Assembly (NCBI GenBank): GCA_054600435.1
Contig: BAAIJX010000031.1
Span: forward strand, 1 to 64,000
Length of the DNA stretch: 64,000 nucleotides
From: Neophaeotheca triangularis
Taxonomy: Eukaryota
Direction: 5' to 3'
Program-made: the position numbers and the translations under genes
Part shown: positions 24,529-38,330 of the stretch, in pieces
How the letters are laid out: every line of letters starts with the position of its first letter
Numbering within the stretch: position 1 is the first letter of the stretch
The notes under the pieces: model-generated
Databases searched by the model: none
What the model was told of the DNA's origin: nothing
Seen by the model: only the letters and a program-made list of their open reading frames with translations

Positions 24529-27262
24529 CTAATCATCCTCCTGCGGTGTAGCAACCTCCTCATCCGCCTCAGCATCGACAGGCTTGGCCTTACTCTTAGC
24601 CTCCTCGGGACTCTCGCCCTCGCCATCAACCCCATCATCCCCAGCAGCGGTAGCAGCAGGCTCAACATCAATCAAACTCTCGTTTGCACCACCCTCCTTC
24701 TCCAGCTTCAAGAACTCCTCCCACTCCGGGAACATTTCCTCGTCTTGACCGGGCACACCGAGCGCTCTGGCAACCTTGCCTTTGCCGCTCTTCTCTAACC
24801 CGGCTTTCCACTGCTCGACAACGCCGTCGCAGCGACTGGGCTTGTAAGTCTGCGCGAAGAGCACGGCTTCGGCTGTTCTGTTGGTTTCCAAAAGCGTGTC
24901 GATACAAGCATCGACGTCAGCCAGTTGCCAGAGACAGGTGAAAGCGACGTTGTGCTGGCCGGCTTCTTTAGCTGTGGTAGCGAGGGAGCGCAGGCTTTCC
25001 TGGTCGGCGGAAGAGGAGTACAGGAGTAGCAGCGAGCCCATGTCCTTGGCGTTGCGGAAACATTCCTCGGCCAGAGCCATGTCCCAAGCGGCGAGAGCGG
25101 CATCGCCAACTGTTTTCCACTTGTGCTCCGCATCGGCGTCCCGGGCGAGTTGCAGTGCTATCTGCAATTGACCCAGACCAAGTGCGAGTTCGAAGCGATG
25201 TTCGCTGTCCGTGGCGACGTCGAGAGCTTGTTCTTTGTAGCCCTGGCCTTCCAGAAAGCGGGCGATCTTGTTCTTCTGGTCCTCCGGGATGTCGGTGAGC
25301 ATCTCATTCGCGCTGTCGAGATCGCCGCGGAGCACGAGGGTTTGGTACTCGATGACGCTGAGGGAGAGGGCGAAAGAAGTGACCGCGACGTCCTTGTCGC
25401 AGACGTAAACGCGGCCATCGCGGGGGAGGTAACCGAGGACGTAGTATGGAGCGTCGAAGTGGGAGATGGTGTAGGTTTGGTCGCCGACGAGGTAGTTGAG
25501 GCGGTTGGTCGAGTTGGTGTAAACAAAGCAGTCGCCAAGCCATTGCCCCGTCCGCACAGATTCGTTGATGTCGCAGACCACTTCGAAGGCTTCTTCCACG
25601 CCGTCCTCATCCACAGCACCGGATTGCAGGGCTGCGACGTATTGCTCGCGGCTGAAACGGAGCACGTAGAATGTGTCCTCGCATGCCAGACAGACGAGCT
25701 CGCCAGATTCCGACCAGTAAACACTGCGAGGCTCAACTTCGATGCGGCGAACGAGTTTTCCGGAGTCCCAGTCGAAGAATCCGATACCGCCTTGGCCCTT
25801 CACGCCGAGCAAGACACCACCCGAGAGGCCGTCCGCGGTGAAGCCGACGTTGACAGCACCATCGCCACCCTTTGGCTTGAAATTGCGGAAGATCTTCACG
25901 CTGTAAGGAGACTCCCGGATAGCGTAGTCTTTGTCGTTGTCTTTTGAAGCCCAGGCAAAGTCGAGTGCTTGGCCGAAGGCCTGGTTGCGAAGAGCCAGAG
26001 CAGTGTAGATGATGTATTCGCCGTCACCGCAAACCGCAACGAAGCGGCCGTTCGGAGAGTGGAGGAGTGTCTGAGGGTAGATTTCGGTGCTGCCGAGCTC
26101 TTTTGTCGGCAAGGTGATGGGCTGAGCGTCCTTGAGTGTCTTGTCTCCACCCTTGATCATGGAAGTCAAAATCTCGGAATGCCTCGCCCAGATGATCTTG
26201 CCAGAGCCGTCCATGGACACTGCCGGCTCCTCGCGACCCATCTTGACGACCACTGCACCGTCGTCAAAACCCATGGCCACTCCTTGCCTTCCACGTTGAT
26301 ATGAGACACACCATGCCCGCTCCAGACCGTACGACAAGTTCTGCTCCAGGCGGTAAGTGTTGGCATGCCATATCTTGACGGTGCCGTCTTCTGAACCGGA
26401 AATAATGACGGGTAGCTCGGGATGGTAACAAGCAAAGCTGACATTGCTGGTATGGCCCTCCAGCGTCGCAATCAGCGCCTTGGTCGTGTAATCCCAAATC
26501 TTCACCGTCCGGTCGTCAGATGTCGTGAGCAAGTACGGCTTATCGCTCTGTGGGTAATAATCGACGTGATTCACACCCTTTGTTTCGTGCGCCTCGAGCG
26601 TGAAGTTCGGCGTCCCAGACCCCAGACTCCATATCTTCACAGTCCGGTCCAAACAAGCAGAAGCAAACGTGTTGGTGTCCTTGGGATTAATTGCCAGCCC
26701 CATGACATAATGCGAGTGTCCCTCAAATATCTGCACGCATTTCCATCCCTTCTCCCAATCCCACAATTTTATCGTCATGTCATCGCTGGCCGTCAGTACA
26801 AAAGGTTGCGAAGGGTGCACCACAATAGCGCGGATGTAGTCCGGGTGTGCTTCGAAGGAGGTGATCTTCTCGCTCGTGTTGTAATTGTAGACGCGCATTT
26901 GGAAGTCATCGCTGCCGCATACTATCCAGTTCTTGCGGGCAACGAAGCGGCCAGCGCGGACAGGGACATCGGTGAGCTCAAAGGTTTTGATGATGGACTG
27001 GGTTTCGTAAGACCAGATGTAGACATGGCCGCTGTACAAGGTCGTGAGGATCTAGAAGGGGTCAGTTCTCTCCTTCTTTTCCGGTGTTATTGGTGTCGGC
27101 GCTCACCCATGGCTCTGTAGGGTGAAAGTCAATGCCCTTGACCCTTTCGCTCCTGGCGAAGAGTTGCCTCTGTACTTGAAGGTTAACTTTTGAACCCATG
27201 GTCGTCTGCTTGCTTCAAGAAGCAAGCATCTCTCTCCCTCTTACCTTGACGTCCAACTTCAT
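24529..27262 (-). CDS. SEC27: Coatomer subunit beta' (COPI); exons 27262-27245, 27169-27107, 27051-24529
   Basis: MKLDVK|RQLFARSERVKGIDFHPTEPW|ILTTLYSG; WD40 repeats, FEAHPDYIR, GREEPAVSMD; acidic tail. Confidence 0.96.
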
Positions 27263-27799
27263 CTTGACAGCTCGCCCTTGTCCCACCAAAGCCAGGGACC
27301 GCTTTTGGCCAGTCTATTCGGGAATGCTCGGGGGAGTTGCACGGCAGGGCGAATCTCAGAAGTGAAAGGAGGATGGCCGTCCAGAGGTGAGGATGAAGAG
27401 GAAGAAGAGGTAGGAAGTGGAGTTTGCGGTATTTGTGGTTGTGATATGGCTTTCCTCAATCTGAATCCATCCAGCTGCCTCGTTCGCTCAGTCGTCAGCG
27501 GGCCAATACATACAGCTGTCGTCGGGAGCTGCTGCTGCAATCCTTAGGGTCCAACCCTGAAGGTCGTCGGCGACTGCCAAGCCCTCTCGCATGGCCAGGG
27601 CCAGGGCATCTGACGTTCTATTCAACGCTAGCGCCGTTGCTGCAAGCGCCTCCCCAGACCGCAGCCAACTCCACTCTGGGCCAGATAGAGCTGCTCCATA
27701 CATCTCCCATACCGTCGCCTCTTTGCTTCTTACATCTACACCACCAGCTCGACAAATCCCCATTCCCATTCACTCCACTACAAACTCACACTTCTCACC

Positions 27800-28422
27800 A
27801 TGAAAGTTACCAACTTCCTCGCGACGGCGCTCTTCGCCGCCAGCTCCGCCACAGCCTCCATCTTCGGCAACTCCATCGACGTCGCACCCTACGATGACTC
27901 GCTGAACGTCCCCGGCGAGAACCCACTAGCCCACTGCCAGAACCCCAAAGACGACATCCTGGCACTCAAGAGCGTCGACCTCTCCCCCAACCCACCCAAA
28001 GCGTAAGAAGAAACCCCGCCCAAGCAAAGACCTATCAACCAACCATTAACACCCACCACAGCGGCACCAAACTCACCGTCACAGCAGCGGGCATCCTCTC
28101 CAAAGACGTCGGCCAAGGCGCCACCGTTCACTTGCAAGTCAAGTACGGCCTAATCACCATCATCAAGCAAGAAGCGGACTTGTGCAACACGGTCAAGAAC
28201 GTGGACCTCGAATGTCCGATCAAGAAGGGCGAGACCAAGCTCACCAAGGAGGTTGATCTGCCCAAGGAGATCCCGCCGGGAAAGTACACCGTCATTGCGG
28301 ATGTGTACACCGAGGAGAAGGAGAAGGTGACGTGCTTGACGGCGACGGTGCAGTTTAGTAGGGGTAAGGATGGGGCTACTGTTATTGAGGTTGTCGAACA
28401 GGGTGTGAAGCAGGATTTGTAA
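27800..28422 (+). CDS. NPC2: ML-domain PG/PI transfer protein (NPC2-like) with signal peptide; exons 27800-28002, 28062-28422
   Basis: VPGENPLAHC, VDLSPNPPKA|GTKLTV, VKYGLITI, DLECPIKKG, LPKEIPPGKYTV, TCLTA; intron 28003-28061. Confidence 0.92.
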
Positions 28423-28775
28423 GGGAGAGGCGATGACCTTGTGGGGAGGGGAGTTGCTGTGACAAGGGGAAGGGGAGGGTGATGTGTGATACCAAACGAT
28501 GCTTCTTTTCTACCATTCGAGCGTTCGACAGCCTTAGACGAATGACGCAGTAATGCAACAACGAGCAAGCAAGCTTTTAGTGGCGTGTTTTGGGTATCTT
28601 CATTGTCTATACGCACTGACAAATCTCTGCTTCCGCGTATGCTTTCATCGTTCCATCCTCGCGCCCATCCAGCGTATTTCTCTTCGCCAAACGGCCCGGC
28701 CAAACCATTGCACCCTCACACTTGTCCACGATTGATCTCAATCCTCCCTCCACGTCTCAACATCCACAAGCCCCT

Positions 28776-29534
28776 CTACTCCCCAAACAACTTCCTCACC
28801 CTCTTCATCACACTATCCTTGTCCGGGTCATACGGATGGTCCTTTGAAGGTATCTCCAACACACTGGGGAAAGCCTCACTATACCCATCGACCCTCGGGC
28901 GTATCCGATCGGCAATCTGCAACCACGAGCAAGAATGATCAGCGCCAGACGTCCCTTCAAAAAAAGTCCCATCTCCATGTAGTCTTCCAATCACCGCGCC
29001 CCAGCCCTGCCACAACCACTCCCTCAAATCTCCCCTTTGCCATCAACAACTCCCCTTTGCCCCTCCCGTCCGGTGTTGTGTATGGTTCAGTATAGTGGTG
29101 GAGAACGTACATGCTGATTGATCAAAATAATGGCGATATCTTTGCGCTCCTTGGTGAACCTATCGAAAGCGCCCTCGATCGTCGCGTCTTCCGTCTTGGG
29201 GTCGACGACTAAGTAATTCTTCTGCGAGTCCGGCGGGTCCGTGACGTGCTATCGCGACCACTGTATTAGTATCTTGAGGGCGGGGCGGGGTGGGAGGGGT
29301 GGTTTTTGATGGGAGTGGGTTGGTGGGTGTTGGGGAGGAGAACGTACGCCGACGCCCGCGAGCAGGATGCCTGTTACTGAGTCCTATTTGTTCGGTCAGA
29401 CGTGTTAGCTCGTTCAGTCGATTCGTCGATTGCAGTGGACAGGCTGGCTGTCTGGGTGGGTGAACTGCACGTACTTCATCTCCAATGACGGCAAGGAATT
29501 GACGGTCTTTGTAGGCAGATTGGGGGAGCGCCAT
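28776..29534 (-). CDS. VMA7: V-type ATPase subunit F; exons 29534-29475, 29383-29348, 29248-29111, 28916-28776
   Basis: [22 protein letters not shown]...[18 protein letters not shown]...[25 protein letters not shown]. Confidence 0.95.
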
Positions 29535-30137
29535 TGCCTTTGCTCTTGAGTTTGGAGCCGAGGGGGAGTGTTGTGGGGTGGATGTCGCAGAGCTACCTGT
29601 GATCTAGGTGCTTGAGCTGGATTGGACTACCTAGACTGGACTGGGGATGATGTAGGTCGGAGGAAGCTCGGGTAGTGGAGCTGGGAGGAGCTGGCCCGTT
29701 GCTCTGTTTCCCCGGGTTTGGTGGACGGGGGGTGGTCCTGCCGACGAGACCTCCATCGATACAATGCGAACAACCGACTAGTAAATCGAGCGCCGCGAGT
29801 AAGTCTTATAAGTTTAGGCGTTAGACCACCATCACGCAAGACCATATTCCTAGAACGGGTAAGTGAAGCTTCAAGTAGGTAGGCAAAGGTGCCTCCACTC
29901 CATACCAGGGCGAACCCCATTTCCTTTCTCTAGACATCAATCAACCTCTGCATCAGACCAACCGATAACAGCAGCACCAAGCAAAAGCTAAAGCAAGAAG
30001 ATTCGTGCGGCTACGTGATTTTGAACTTTTAACGGAAAAAAACAGACAACTACATCAAACACACCCACCAGACCAGCAAGCCAAATTCACCTTGAACCCA
30101 AACACCGCACCTCCCCTCACCCATCATCGCATCACAT

Positions 30138-32468
30138 CTACCACTCAAGCGGCTCAACCTTCTCCTCACCGCGATTTGTCTTCGGCACACCCGCAGCCTC
30201 AACCTTCACAGCTCCTTGCCGATGTCTGGACAAATATCCGCTCCCATCCAACCACGGAGTGTCCTGCGTCCTGCGCGTCTCAAAGCGGGTAATCTTTTCC
30301 TCCATCTGCATGGTCAGCCCAATGTCATCCAAGCCATTGATCAAACAATGGCGTCTGAAAGCACCAATCTCAAAACCCGCAAGCACTGTGCCGTCGGCCT
30401 TGTTAACCTGCTGGGCTTCGAGATCGACGACAATTTCGCGGCCGGCTTTGGCTTCGTCCATGATAGCGTTTAGCGCGGCGTTGTCGGTGATTTCGAGCGG
30501 GAGCATGCCGTTTTTGAAAGTGTTGTTGTAGAAGATGTCGCCGAAGCTGGAAGCAATGACGCAGGTGATGCCGAAGTCGAGGAGCGCCCAGGGGGCGTGT
30601 TCGCGCGAACTGCCGCAGCCGAAGTTCGGGCCGCCGCAGACGAGGATTTTGCTATGGGTGTAGGGGTCTTGGTTTAGGACGAAGTTGGGGTCAGGAGAGC
30701 CGTCGGCGTTGTAGCGCCAGCCGTGGAACAGGGCGCTGCCGAGGCCGCTGCGTTTGATGGTTTTGAGGAATTGTTTGGGAATGATGGCGTCGGTGTCGAC
30801 GTTGCTGCGGTCCATTGGGGCAGCGATGCCGCGGAGTTGGGTAAATTTGGGCATGCCGGCAGAGCTCGAGGGGGCGGAGGTTTTGACCGTGTTGCCTTGG
30901 GAGGACTCGTCCATGTCGAGAATGTTGTCGAGGTCGACGTCGGACTCGGGATCGTCAACTTGGGGTGGGGATTCGAGGTTGTTGTTTGGACCGGATTTGG
31001 CAGAGGGTAGGGCGGTTTCGTAGCCAGCGAGGGAACGGACGTCGGCGAGCTTACCTACGAGCGCGCATGCCGCGGCCATGGCTGGCGACATCAAGTGCGT
31101 GCGTCCGCCGGCGCCCTGACGACCTTCGAAATTGCGGTTGGAGGTGCTTGCGCAGCGTTCGCCCGGAGATAGAATGTCCGGGTTCATGCCGAGACACATT
31201 GAGCAGCCGGCCTCGCGCCACTCGAAGCCGGCGTCCTCGAAGATCCTGTCCAGGCCTTCCGCTTCGGCCTGCTTCTTGACGAGGCCGGACCCGGGGACAA
31301 TCATGGCGCGCTTGAGGTTCGGGGCGATCTTCTTGCCTTTGACAATGTACGCGGCAATGCGCAGGTCCTCGATACGTGCATTCGTGCAGGATCCGATAAA
31401 GACCTTGTCGAGCACAATATCAGTAAGCTTAGTGCCAGCCGTGAGACCCATGTACTCGAGCGACCTGACGCAGGCCTTCTTCTTGTTCTCATCTTCAAAG
31501 TCGTCCGGGCCGGGCACGACGCTGGTAATGGGCGCCACGTCCTGCGGAGATGTGCCCCACGATACGGTTGGGATAATGTCCTTTGCGTCGATGAAAACGT
31601 CAATGTCGTACTTGGCGCCCTCGTCTGACTTGAGGCTTTCCCAGTATTTGACCGCCTTCTTCCACTCGGGTGAGTCGACCTTTGGTGCCAGCGGCCGTCC
31701 CTTCAAATAATCAAAGGTCGTCTCATCCGGTGCCACCATACCGGCCCTGGCGCCTCCCTCAATCGACATGTTGCAAATGGACATTCTCGCCTCCATACTC
31801 AGACCCCTGATCGCGGACCCGCAGAACTCAATGACGGCACCCGTTCCGCCGGCTGTGCCAATCTGTCCAATCACGTAGAGAACAATGTCCTTTGAGCTAA
31901 CACCAGGAGCCAGCTGCCCCTCAACCTCAACCCTCATGTTCTTACTCCGCCTGGTAATTAGGGTTTGGGTAGCCAGAACATGCTCGACCTCACTGGTACC
32001 GATACCAAAAGCCAACGCTCCAAAAGCGCCGTGTGTGCTGGTATGAGAGTCACCGCAAACCACTGTCGTCCCGGGAAGGGTGAAGCCCTGCTCGGGGCCG
32101 ATGATGTGCACAATACCCTGCCTCTTATCCCCAAGCCCAAAGTAGGTCAACTTGAAGTTTTTGACATTCTCCTCCAAAGTCTCGCACTGTGTGCGGGAGT
32201 CATCCTCCTTGACGAACTGCGAAACGCTGCTAAAGTTTTTGCGTGGAGTGGTAGGGACGTTGTGGTCGGTGGTCGCGAGGGTGCAGTCCGGACGACGGAC
32301 TCGGCGAGAGGCGTTGCGGAGACCCTCGAAGGCTTGGGGCGAGGTGACTTCGTGGACCAGGTGACGGTCAATGTAGAGGAGGATTGTGCCGTCGTCTTGC
32401 TCGTTGACGATGTGGTCTTGAAAGACCTTGTCGTAGAGGGTTCGCGGACCGCTGACTGCGCCGGGCAT
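30138..32468 (-). CDS. LEU1: 3-isopropylmalate dehydratase (fused large and small subunits), intronless
   Basis: [91 protein letters not shown]. Confidence 0.98.
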   Translation of the reverse strand: MPGAVSGPRTLYDKVFQDHIVNEQDDGTILLYIDRHLVHEVTSPQAFEGLRNASRRVRRPDCTLATTDHNVPTTPRKNFSSVSQFVKEDDSRTQCETLEENVKNFKLTYFGLGDKRQGIVHIIGPEQGFTLPGTTVVCGDSHTSTHGAFGALAFGIGTSEVEHVLATQTLITRRSKNMRVEVEGQLAPGVSSKDIVLYVIGQIGTAGGTGAVIEFCGSAIRGLSMEARMSICNMSIEGGARAGMVAPDETTFDYLKGRPLAPKVDSPEWKKAVKYWESLKSDEGAKYDIDVFIDAKDIIPTVSWGTSPQDVAPITSVVPGPDDFEDENKKKACVRSLEYMGLTAGTKLTDIVLDKVFIGSCTNARIEDLRIAAYIVKGKKIAPNLKRAMIVPGSGLVKKQAEAEGLDRIFEDAGFEWREAGCSMCLGMNPDILSPGERCASTSNRNFEGRQGAGGRTHLMSPAMAAACALVGKLADVRSLAGYETALPSAKSGPNNNLESPPQVDDPESDVDLDNILDMDESSQGNTVKTSAPSSSAGMPKFTQLRGIAAPMDRSNVDTDAIIPKQFLKTIKRSGLGSALFHGWRYNADGSPDPNFVLNQDPYTHSKILVCGGPNFGCGSSREHAPWALLDFGITCVIASSFGDIFYNNTFKNGMLPLEITDNAALNAIMDEAKAGREIVVDLEAQQVNKADGTVLAGFEIGAFRRHCLINGLDDIGLTMQMEEKITRFETRRTQDTPWLDGSGYLSRHRQGAVKVEAAGVPKTNRGEEKVEPLEW

Positions 32469-32722
32469 GGTGAAGGTGAAGATGAATGCGGGGGAGGGGG
32501 GTTAATGGGAGAGAGTAGAGTACAGTATGTGGGTATATGTAGGGGTTTTGGTCACACGTCTGGAGGTGAGCGAGAGATGAGACGGCGGGTGCACCAGGGA
32601 GGAGTTGGAAGGAGGTTTGCAAGGCGTTTAACGGGTTCGAGTGCTTGAATCTCCGTCGTCCGTCGTCCGCGTCTCGTCCTCTTTGTATCTGTTGTTAACG
32701 AGGGGAGACTGTGAAATGTTCG

Positions 32723-32732
32723 CCGACATCGG
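32723..32732. promoter_or_regulatory. Putative Leu3/LeuB binding site (CCGN4CGG)
   Basis: CCGACATCGG in the 464-bp divergent promoter between LEU1 and the aminopeptidase gene. Confidence 0.6.
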
Positions 32733-32932
32733 ACAGACCGCCTGATTATTCCGATTATTTAGTCCGGCTTTGATTGGTCGTCGGCCGGGGAGAAGCTTGG
32801 ACTGTTTGCATTATCTCATACACATCGAAGCTTAACCCGAGCTCTATCATCAATTCATCCTCTGCATATAACCAGAACGAGCACTTTCACTTTGACCTTC
32901 ATCGACATATACGAATAGATACACGACGCAAC

Positions 32933-34108
32933 ATGAAGTCGACTTTCCTCTCCGCCGCTCTAGGCTTGACGGCCGCCACCACCAACGCCCTCTCCGTGCC
33001 CCGCTTCAACGATGCCATCAACCGCTTCATCGACCAATCGCCCCTCACCCCAAACAACGAACAATACCTCATCGAGCTGGCCCCGGGCGAAACCCGCCTC
33101 GTGACTGAAGATGAGAAATGGGCGCTCCGTCGCGAAGGCATCAACTTCTTCGACATCACCGACAGCCAGCGCACTTCCCCCAGCTTCAAGGCCAACGGCA
33201 AGAAAGAGACCGTCACCTACCCTTCGCACCCCCACCACAACTCCACAGTCCAAGACCTGATCCCCCAACTCAGCAAGAAGAACATGCACTCACACCTCGA
33301 AACCTTCACCTCTTTCCATACCCGCTACTACAAATCCGACTACGGCGCTGAGTCCTCCGCCTGGCTGCTATCCCAAGTCAACCAAACCCTCGCCTCCGCC
33401 GGCGCCGGTACCGTCCAAGCCTTCCCCCACCCTTGGGGCCAAAGCAGCATCATCGCCACGCTTCCAGGCAAGAGCGAGAAAACCGTCGTAATCGGCGCCC
33501 ACCAAGACAGCATCAACCTCTTCCTGCCCTCCATTTTCGCGGCCCCCGGCGCGGACGACGACGGCAGCGGCACCGTCACCATCCTCGAAGCCCTGCGTGT
33601 CCTCCTGCAAGATCCGCAAATCCTAGCCGGCGAATCCGAAAACACCGTCGAGTTCCACTGGTACTCGGCCGAGGAAGGCGGGCTGCTGGGCTCCAACGCG
33701 ATCTTCGAAGCCTACGAGCAAGAAGGCCGCGACATCAAAGCCATGCTGCAGCAAGACATGACGGGCTACACGCACGGAACCCTCGCGGCTGGTGAGCAAG
33801 AGTCCGTCGGCGTCATCCAAGATTACGTAGATGCGGGTTTGACCGCTTTCATCGAAAAGGTCGTCGACACTTACTGCACGATTCCTTTCGTCCGGACAAA
33901 GTGCGGTTACGCTTGCTCTGACCACGCGAGCGCTAGCAAGGCGGGCTACCCTAGCGCTTTTGTCATCGAGAGTGATTTCAAGTATTCCGACAAGAAGATT
34001 CACACTACCGACGACAAGCTGGAGTACTTGGACTTCAACCACATGTTGCAGCACGCGCGTCTGACGCTGGGTTTGGCCTACGAGCTGGCTTTTGCAAATT
34101 TCGACTAA
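32933..34108 (+). CDS. LAP1: Secreted leucine aminopeptidase, peptidase family M28, intronless
   Basis: Signal peptide [65 protein letters not shown]. Confidence 0.93.
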   Translation: MKSTFLSAALGLTAATTNALSVPRFNDAINRFIDQSPLTPNNEQYLIELAPGETRLVTEDEKWALRREGINFFDITDSQRTSPSFKANGKKETVTYPSHPHHNSTVQDLIPQLSKKNMHSHLETFTSFHTRYYKSDYGAESSAWLLSQVNQTLASAGAGTVQAFPHPWGQSSIIATLPGKSEKTVVIGAHQDSINLFLPSIFAAPGADDDGSGTVTILEALRVLLQDPQILAGESENTVEFHWYSAEEGGLLGSNAIFEAYEQEGRDIKAMLQQDMTGYTHGTLAAGEQESVGVIQDYVDAGLTAFIEKVVDTYCTIPFVRTKCGYACSDHASASKAGYPSAFVIESDFKYSDKKIHTTDDKLEYLDFNHMLQHARLTLGLAYELAFANFD

Positions 34109-34790
34109 GCGTGGGAGAAGAGTCTCAAATGAGCTGATGTGAGGGTGCGTCTCGATCCGTACCACAACAGTATCTAGGTGTAATGTATTACAGAAATTTG
34201 CACACGAACTTCTTTGTTCCACTTTTCCGACGAACAGCTTACTTTTGCCGCTGGCCTACGGAAAACAAAGCTCCCTCGAATTTTACAAGACAGCCCATGT
34301 CCCTCGAGTTTTGACCCGTGCTTGCTTGAAAGGGCGAATACTATTCCCAACCCTGGCAAACAACCCCAGCAGCGAACCCCTCAGCCACCCCCCAAGCGTT
34401 GATGGGCGACGCGTGGGGATGGAGACGTGCTCGGATGCTGAGAAGGAAACTTGGGCAGGGTTTCGAGTGTGAGCGAAAGAAGAAGGGCGTGGGCACTTGA
34501 GGTTGGTTTCCGAGAGCGTGCTGGCTGGGGAGGGTGTTAACTGTTGGGTTGGCAGCCGTGGCTGGATTTCCCCGAACGGCCGGGGTTTAGGGTGTCTGTT
34601 GGGGGAAGACGTGGGAACCGGCCCAGGGTGAAGTAGGTTCGTCGTGACACCACGTATATGTGTAGATGATGGAGAAGCTTGTATATCAATCTGCGCTTTC
34701 CAAGCTCCCTCGCTACGAACGCTGGCAATGACCACATGCGAGGGGAAAAAAGGGGGAGAAAAAGTGAAGAATTCAAAGCCTTTTCCCCCT

Positions 34791-36285
34791 TCAATGCCCA
34801 CCTCCGCCCGTACTCCCCGCCTCACCCCCACTCGCCGTAGCCGCGCCCCCTTCCCCAACCGGATTGGGATAATACCAAGCACTAACCGCAATCAAGACAT
34901 AAACGAAAACACAAAGCGCACCTTCCAAATAATCACTCTTCTCATCCCTCAAAAAGTTGCCGACGACCAAAATCGCCAAGACCAGCACCACGGCGTCGAA
35001 GAGCTCGAAATTCAACGTCATCTCCGATCCCAGACCCCAGCCGACGATGACCACGAGCGGAGTGTTGAGCAGGGCCGTTTGGATGGAAGCGCCGAGGACG
35101 TGGCTGAGGGCGAAGTTCATCTGGTCGTCGTAAGCCTCGTCGACGGCGGTGAGGTGCTCGGCTGCTTTTTCCACGAGCGGGATCAAGATGAGGCCGACGA
35201 AAGCGTCCGAGACGCCCCGGCTGTCCACCATGTAGTGGATTTGCTGGACGAGGAAGACGGCCATCATGGCTACGAAGGTTAGGGCTACGACTAGCGCGAT
35301 GGCGCATTCGGTGAGCGTGAGCTTGTCCTTGGCCAGGTCGCGGTGGCGGTCGTGGTCGCGGAGTTCGTCGCGCTCGAGGATGTCGTCGTATAGGCCGTGG
35401 TGGCTGCGGAGTTGGAAGAAGATGTAGACGATGAAGGCGAGGAGGAGCACAATGGCGGCAGCGCGGGAGATTCGGAGGGTTTCACTTGTCACGGTCGCGA
35501 TGGGGTAGGGGCCGCCGACTAGGGATTGATAGTAGATTGTTGGGATTATTAGGCCCACTGGGAGGGGGAAGGGGGTTAGTGGATGCGTCTGCTGGTGGGT
35601 AAAGGGGATACGTACTGCCTGCCACGAGCATCAGGTTGCTGCCGACTTCCGATATGGCTTCGTGGAAGGTTTGCTCCGGGTGAAAGATGCCCCCGACGAA
35701 AAAGCACAACCCCAGACACAACAACATGTTTGCGAGCAGACTGCCCAAGATGGCCGCTCTAATGACGTGGATGTTGCTAGGGGGACCTGATATCAGCACC
35801 ATGAACAAGATAATCTCCACTACGCTGCCCAATGTCGTCTCCAGCAGCACGCCTATGACTTTTGGCAGTTTCCGAGCCAGCTCTTGTCCTGCGAAGCCCA
35901 CGAGGTTGGCGGCCGGCACCATGCCAATGTATGCGGTTATGAAGACCCACAGCTCCTGCTCGGGGAAGCCAAAGTGCATGACCAGCGCCGCTATGGTGAA
36001 GGGCCAGAGTACATTGGTCCATTTGGAGAGGGTGCTGGAGGAGCGCCAGCAGATGCGGAAGAAGCGGAGGATGGAGAGGCCTCGTCGTCCGGACTCGCCA
36101 TCGGGTTGGATGCCTGGAGTTACTTTGTGTCCGTTGTGGTTGTAGATGGGGAGGTGATGTCGATGGGGTGCTTTATTGGTGGGGGAAGAGTCGCTTTTCT
36201 CGTTGGGGCCGTTTTCAGTGGAAGCGAAGCCATTTAATGCGTGACCGCCCCCGGATGAGGCGCGGTCGTCACGCCGTCTTGACAT
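34791..36285 (-). CDS. Ca2+/H+ antiporter (CAX/VCX1-like); exons 36285-35616, 35557-34791
   Basis: AILGSLLANMLL, FFQLRSHH, FVGLILIPLVEKAAEH, GASIQTAL, KSDYLEG; intron GTACGT(35615)..CTAAC..CAG(35558). Confidence 0.92.
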
Positions 36286-37300
36286 GATGGTGGTGGTGGT
36301 TTGCCAGAACAATCAGAAGTGCTAGAGGCAAAACGCGGCTTCGAATGTATGTGCTCTCCAGCGGATTGGCGTTTACTGCCGGGCTATCCGTCTTGATGAA
36401 AGGAGATCTCGTCAACTACCCTAGGTTGTCGAGGTCGAGTAGGTAGAGCTGAGATGTTTTCTCCACTACGTCACTCGTGTTGAAGGCGTAAAGCCAAATG
36501 CCACCAAACCATGCCCACCCGGAAGAAAGGTAGAGTTCGTAGTTTAATGCTTAAGCTAGGAAGACGAAGCTTAGTAGGAAACCAGGGAGATATGAGGGAG
36601 TTGTTAAGCAGGTAGAATAAGTTAGTAGGAGTGATATGTTGCAGAGCACAGAGTTGGGTAGATTGATGAATTTGTTTTGAGATGATATTCAATAGACTTC
36701 ACAGCCACAACAGGACAATTCTTACCTAGGATACTGTACCTTACCGCGCCTTACCTTAGGGGTTCGCTTTGGCACTTACTTCCCTTCGCCGTCGTACCTA
36801 CCGTTCCCGCTCCGCCCTTGTATGCCGGAAGGTTGTTGTTGTTGATATTGTTGTTGTTGTTGATGTTGTTGTTAATGTTGTTCTTCGAGAATATGACCAG
36901 TAGGTAGATATCCATAAACACACAAAAATTAATCGTTGACTTGACTTGAGATGATGCGATGGTTCGTTGGTTCTAGTAAAGTTTGATATGTCACTGATGA
37001 AGTGGAGGGGGCAGTGGGTCCTCATAGCCTCGTTCGGTGCGTGACCAACTAACTTAGCTTTTACCAGTAGTAACTACTAACCCCAGACCAGAGACTCATC
37101 ACCAGACCGTCCATCAACATTGGAATCTGATCAACAATAATAGAAGCGTCGTCACGCGGACTTATAAACGTCTTTAATCAATCATCTCAAATCCCGTAAT
37201 ACAAACTTTCATCTGGATATCAACAAAGAAAAGCACACACCCTCCCAAACGCTACGCCAACAGTGCAGCTGCGGCGCATCCCCCCCAAACCCCGACGATT

Positions 37301-38330
37301 CTAATCATCCCTATCAAACACACTCCCCAAAAACGAAGCATCCCTCTCCGCATCGTCAGGCAAACAGCTCAAAAACCCTCCCAGCCTCTCCAAAACAACC
37401 GCCTGCTCGCTCGCACCCGCCGTACTCTTATCACCCGCATCACCCACACTAACACTCACAAAACACCCAGGCGTATCCACGACACTCGACTCGGTAGGCA
37501 GCGTCTCCTGGCCACAAGTCTCGACGTCATCGTCGCTCAGAAACGGCGTGCGGTTGTTGATGCGCGAGAGCACGAAAGAAAAGTCTTCCACGTCTCGGCA
37601 ATTGTTATCGCTCACGGCCGGGAAGTTGACGTTCAGAAAGGTGTCCGGGGGCAAAAACGGCGTCGCGCTGCCGTCGCCTACGAGAGCTTCGGTCACTTTG
37701 ACGGCCAGGGCGGCGTAGACGCTTGCGTAGTTGGGGACGTTGGCCGTGTTCCAGGCTGTCGGTGAGCCGGAGGAGCCTGAGAAGGCGATCGCTGGAAAGC
37801 CTTGTTTGGCGGCTTCGACGGCCGCGCCTACCGTTCCCGAGAATTGGTTGATCAGGCCGAGGTTGCTTCCTACGTTTGGCCCGGCGACGGCGAGGTCGAT
37901 GTTGCCGCTGTCGAAGAAGTCGGCGGCGAGATCCGAGAGCCCGTATTTCATCGCCGTGACTGGGTAAGAGTTGACATACTGCGACACGAAGTTAGCTCAG
38001 AACATTTCACAGGCTTGAAAGACGCAGGAAACAACGCACGTTCAAAGCAGGCTGCGAAGCATTGTTCCCTGTCGGTGGGCTGTCCGGCGGGCACGAGTCG
38101 AATTGGCAGCCGTCGGATCCGACGTCGTCCGGTGGGGAGTCGAGAGAGCCGCGGCCGGATTGGTTTTCTGCTGGCGCGGAGAGCACGACGTCGTGGCCAG
38201 CGGTTTCGAGGGCGGCAAAGTGTTCGCGGATGTTGATTTCGGCCCAGCCGTCGTCGTTGGAGAGGACGATGTTTAGGGCGGAGGCGTAGGCGGGGAGGAG
38301 GAGCGGGAGGAGAGGGGTGGGGAAGTGCAT
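37301..38330 (-). CDS. SurE-like secreted acid phosphatase/5'-3' nucleotidase; exons 38330-38040, 37978-37301
   Basis: Signal peptide, IVLSNDDG, SAPAENQSGRG, AGPNVGSN, SGTVGAA, PAIAFS, LNVNFP; intron 38039-37979. Confidence 0.92.

Noticed and set aside
25123..27120. Long plus-strand ORFs opposite SEC27, and similar ones opposite LEU1, LAP1, the Ca2+/H+ exchanger and ACB1
   Set aside because: Antisense shadows caused by GC-rich codon bias.
29630..29930. Possible structured ncRNA upstream of VMA7 (two GTAAGT motifs, GC-rich ends)
   Set aside because: No recognisable snRNA, SRP or snoRNA motifs; an Rfam search would be needed.
34200..34700. C-rich/G-rich complementary-looking region between convergent genes (candidate RNase P/MRP or telomerase RNA)
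   Set aside because: Conserved RNase P/MRP boxes and a CTAACCCTAA template were not found; strand skew explains it.
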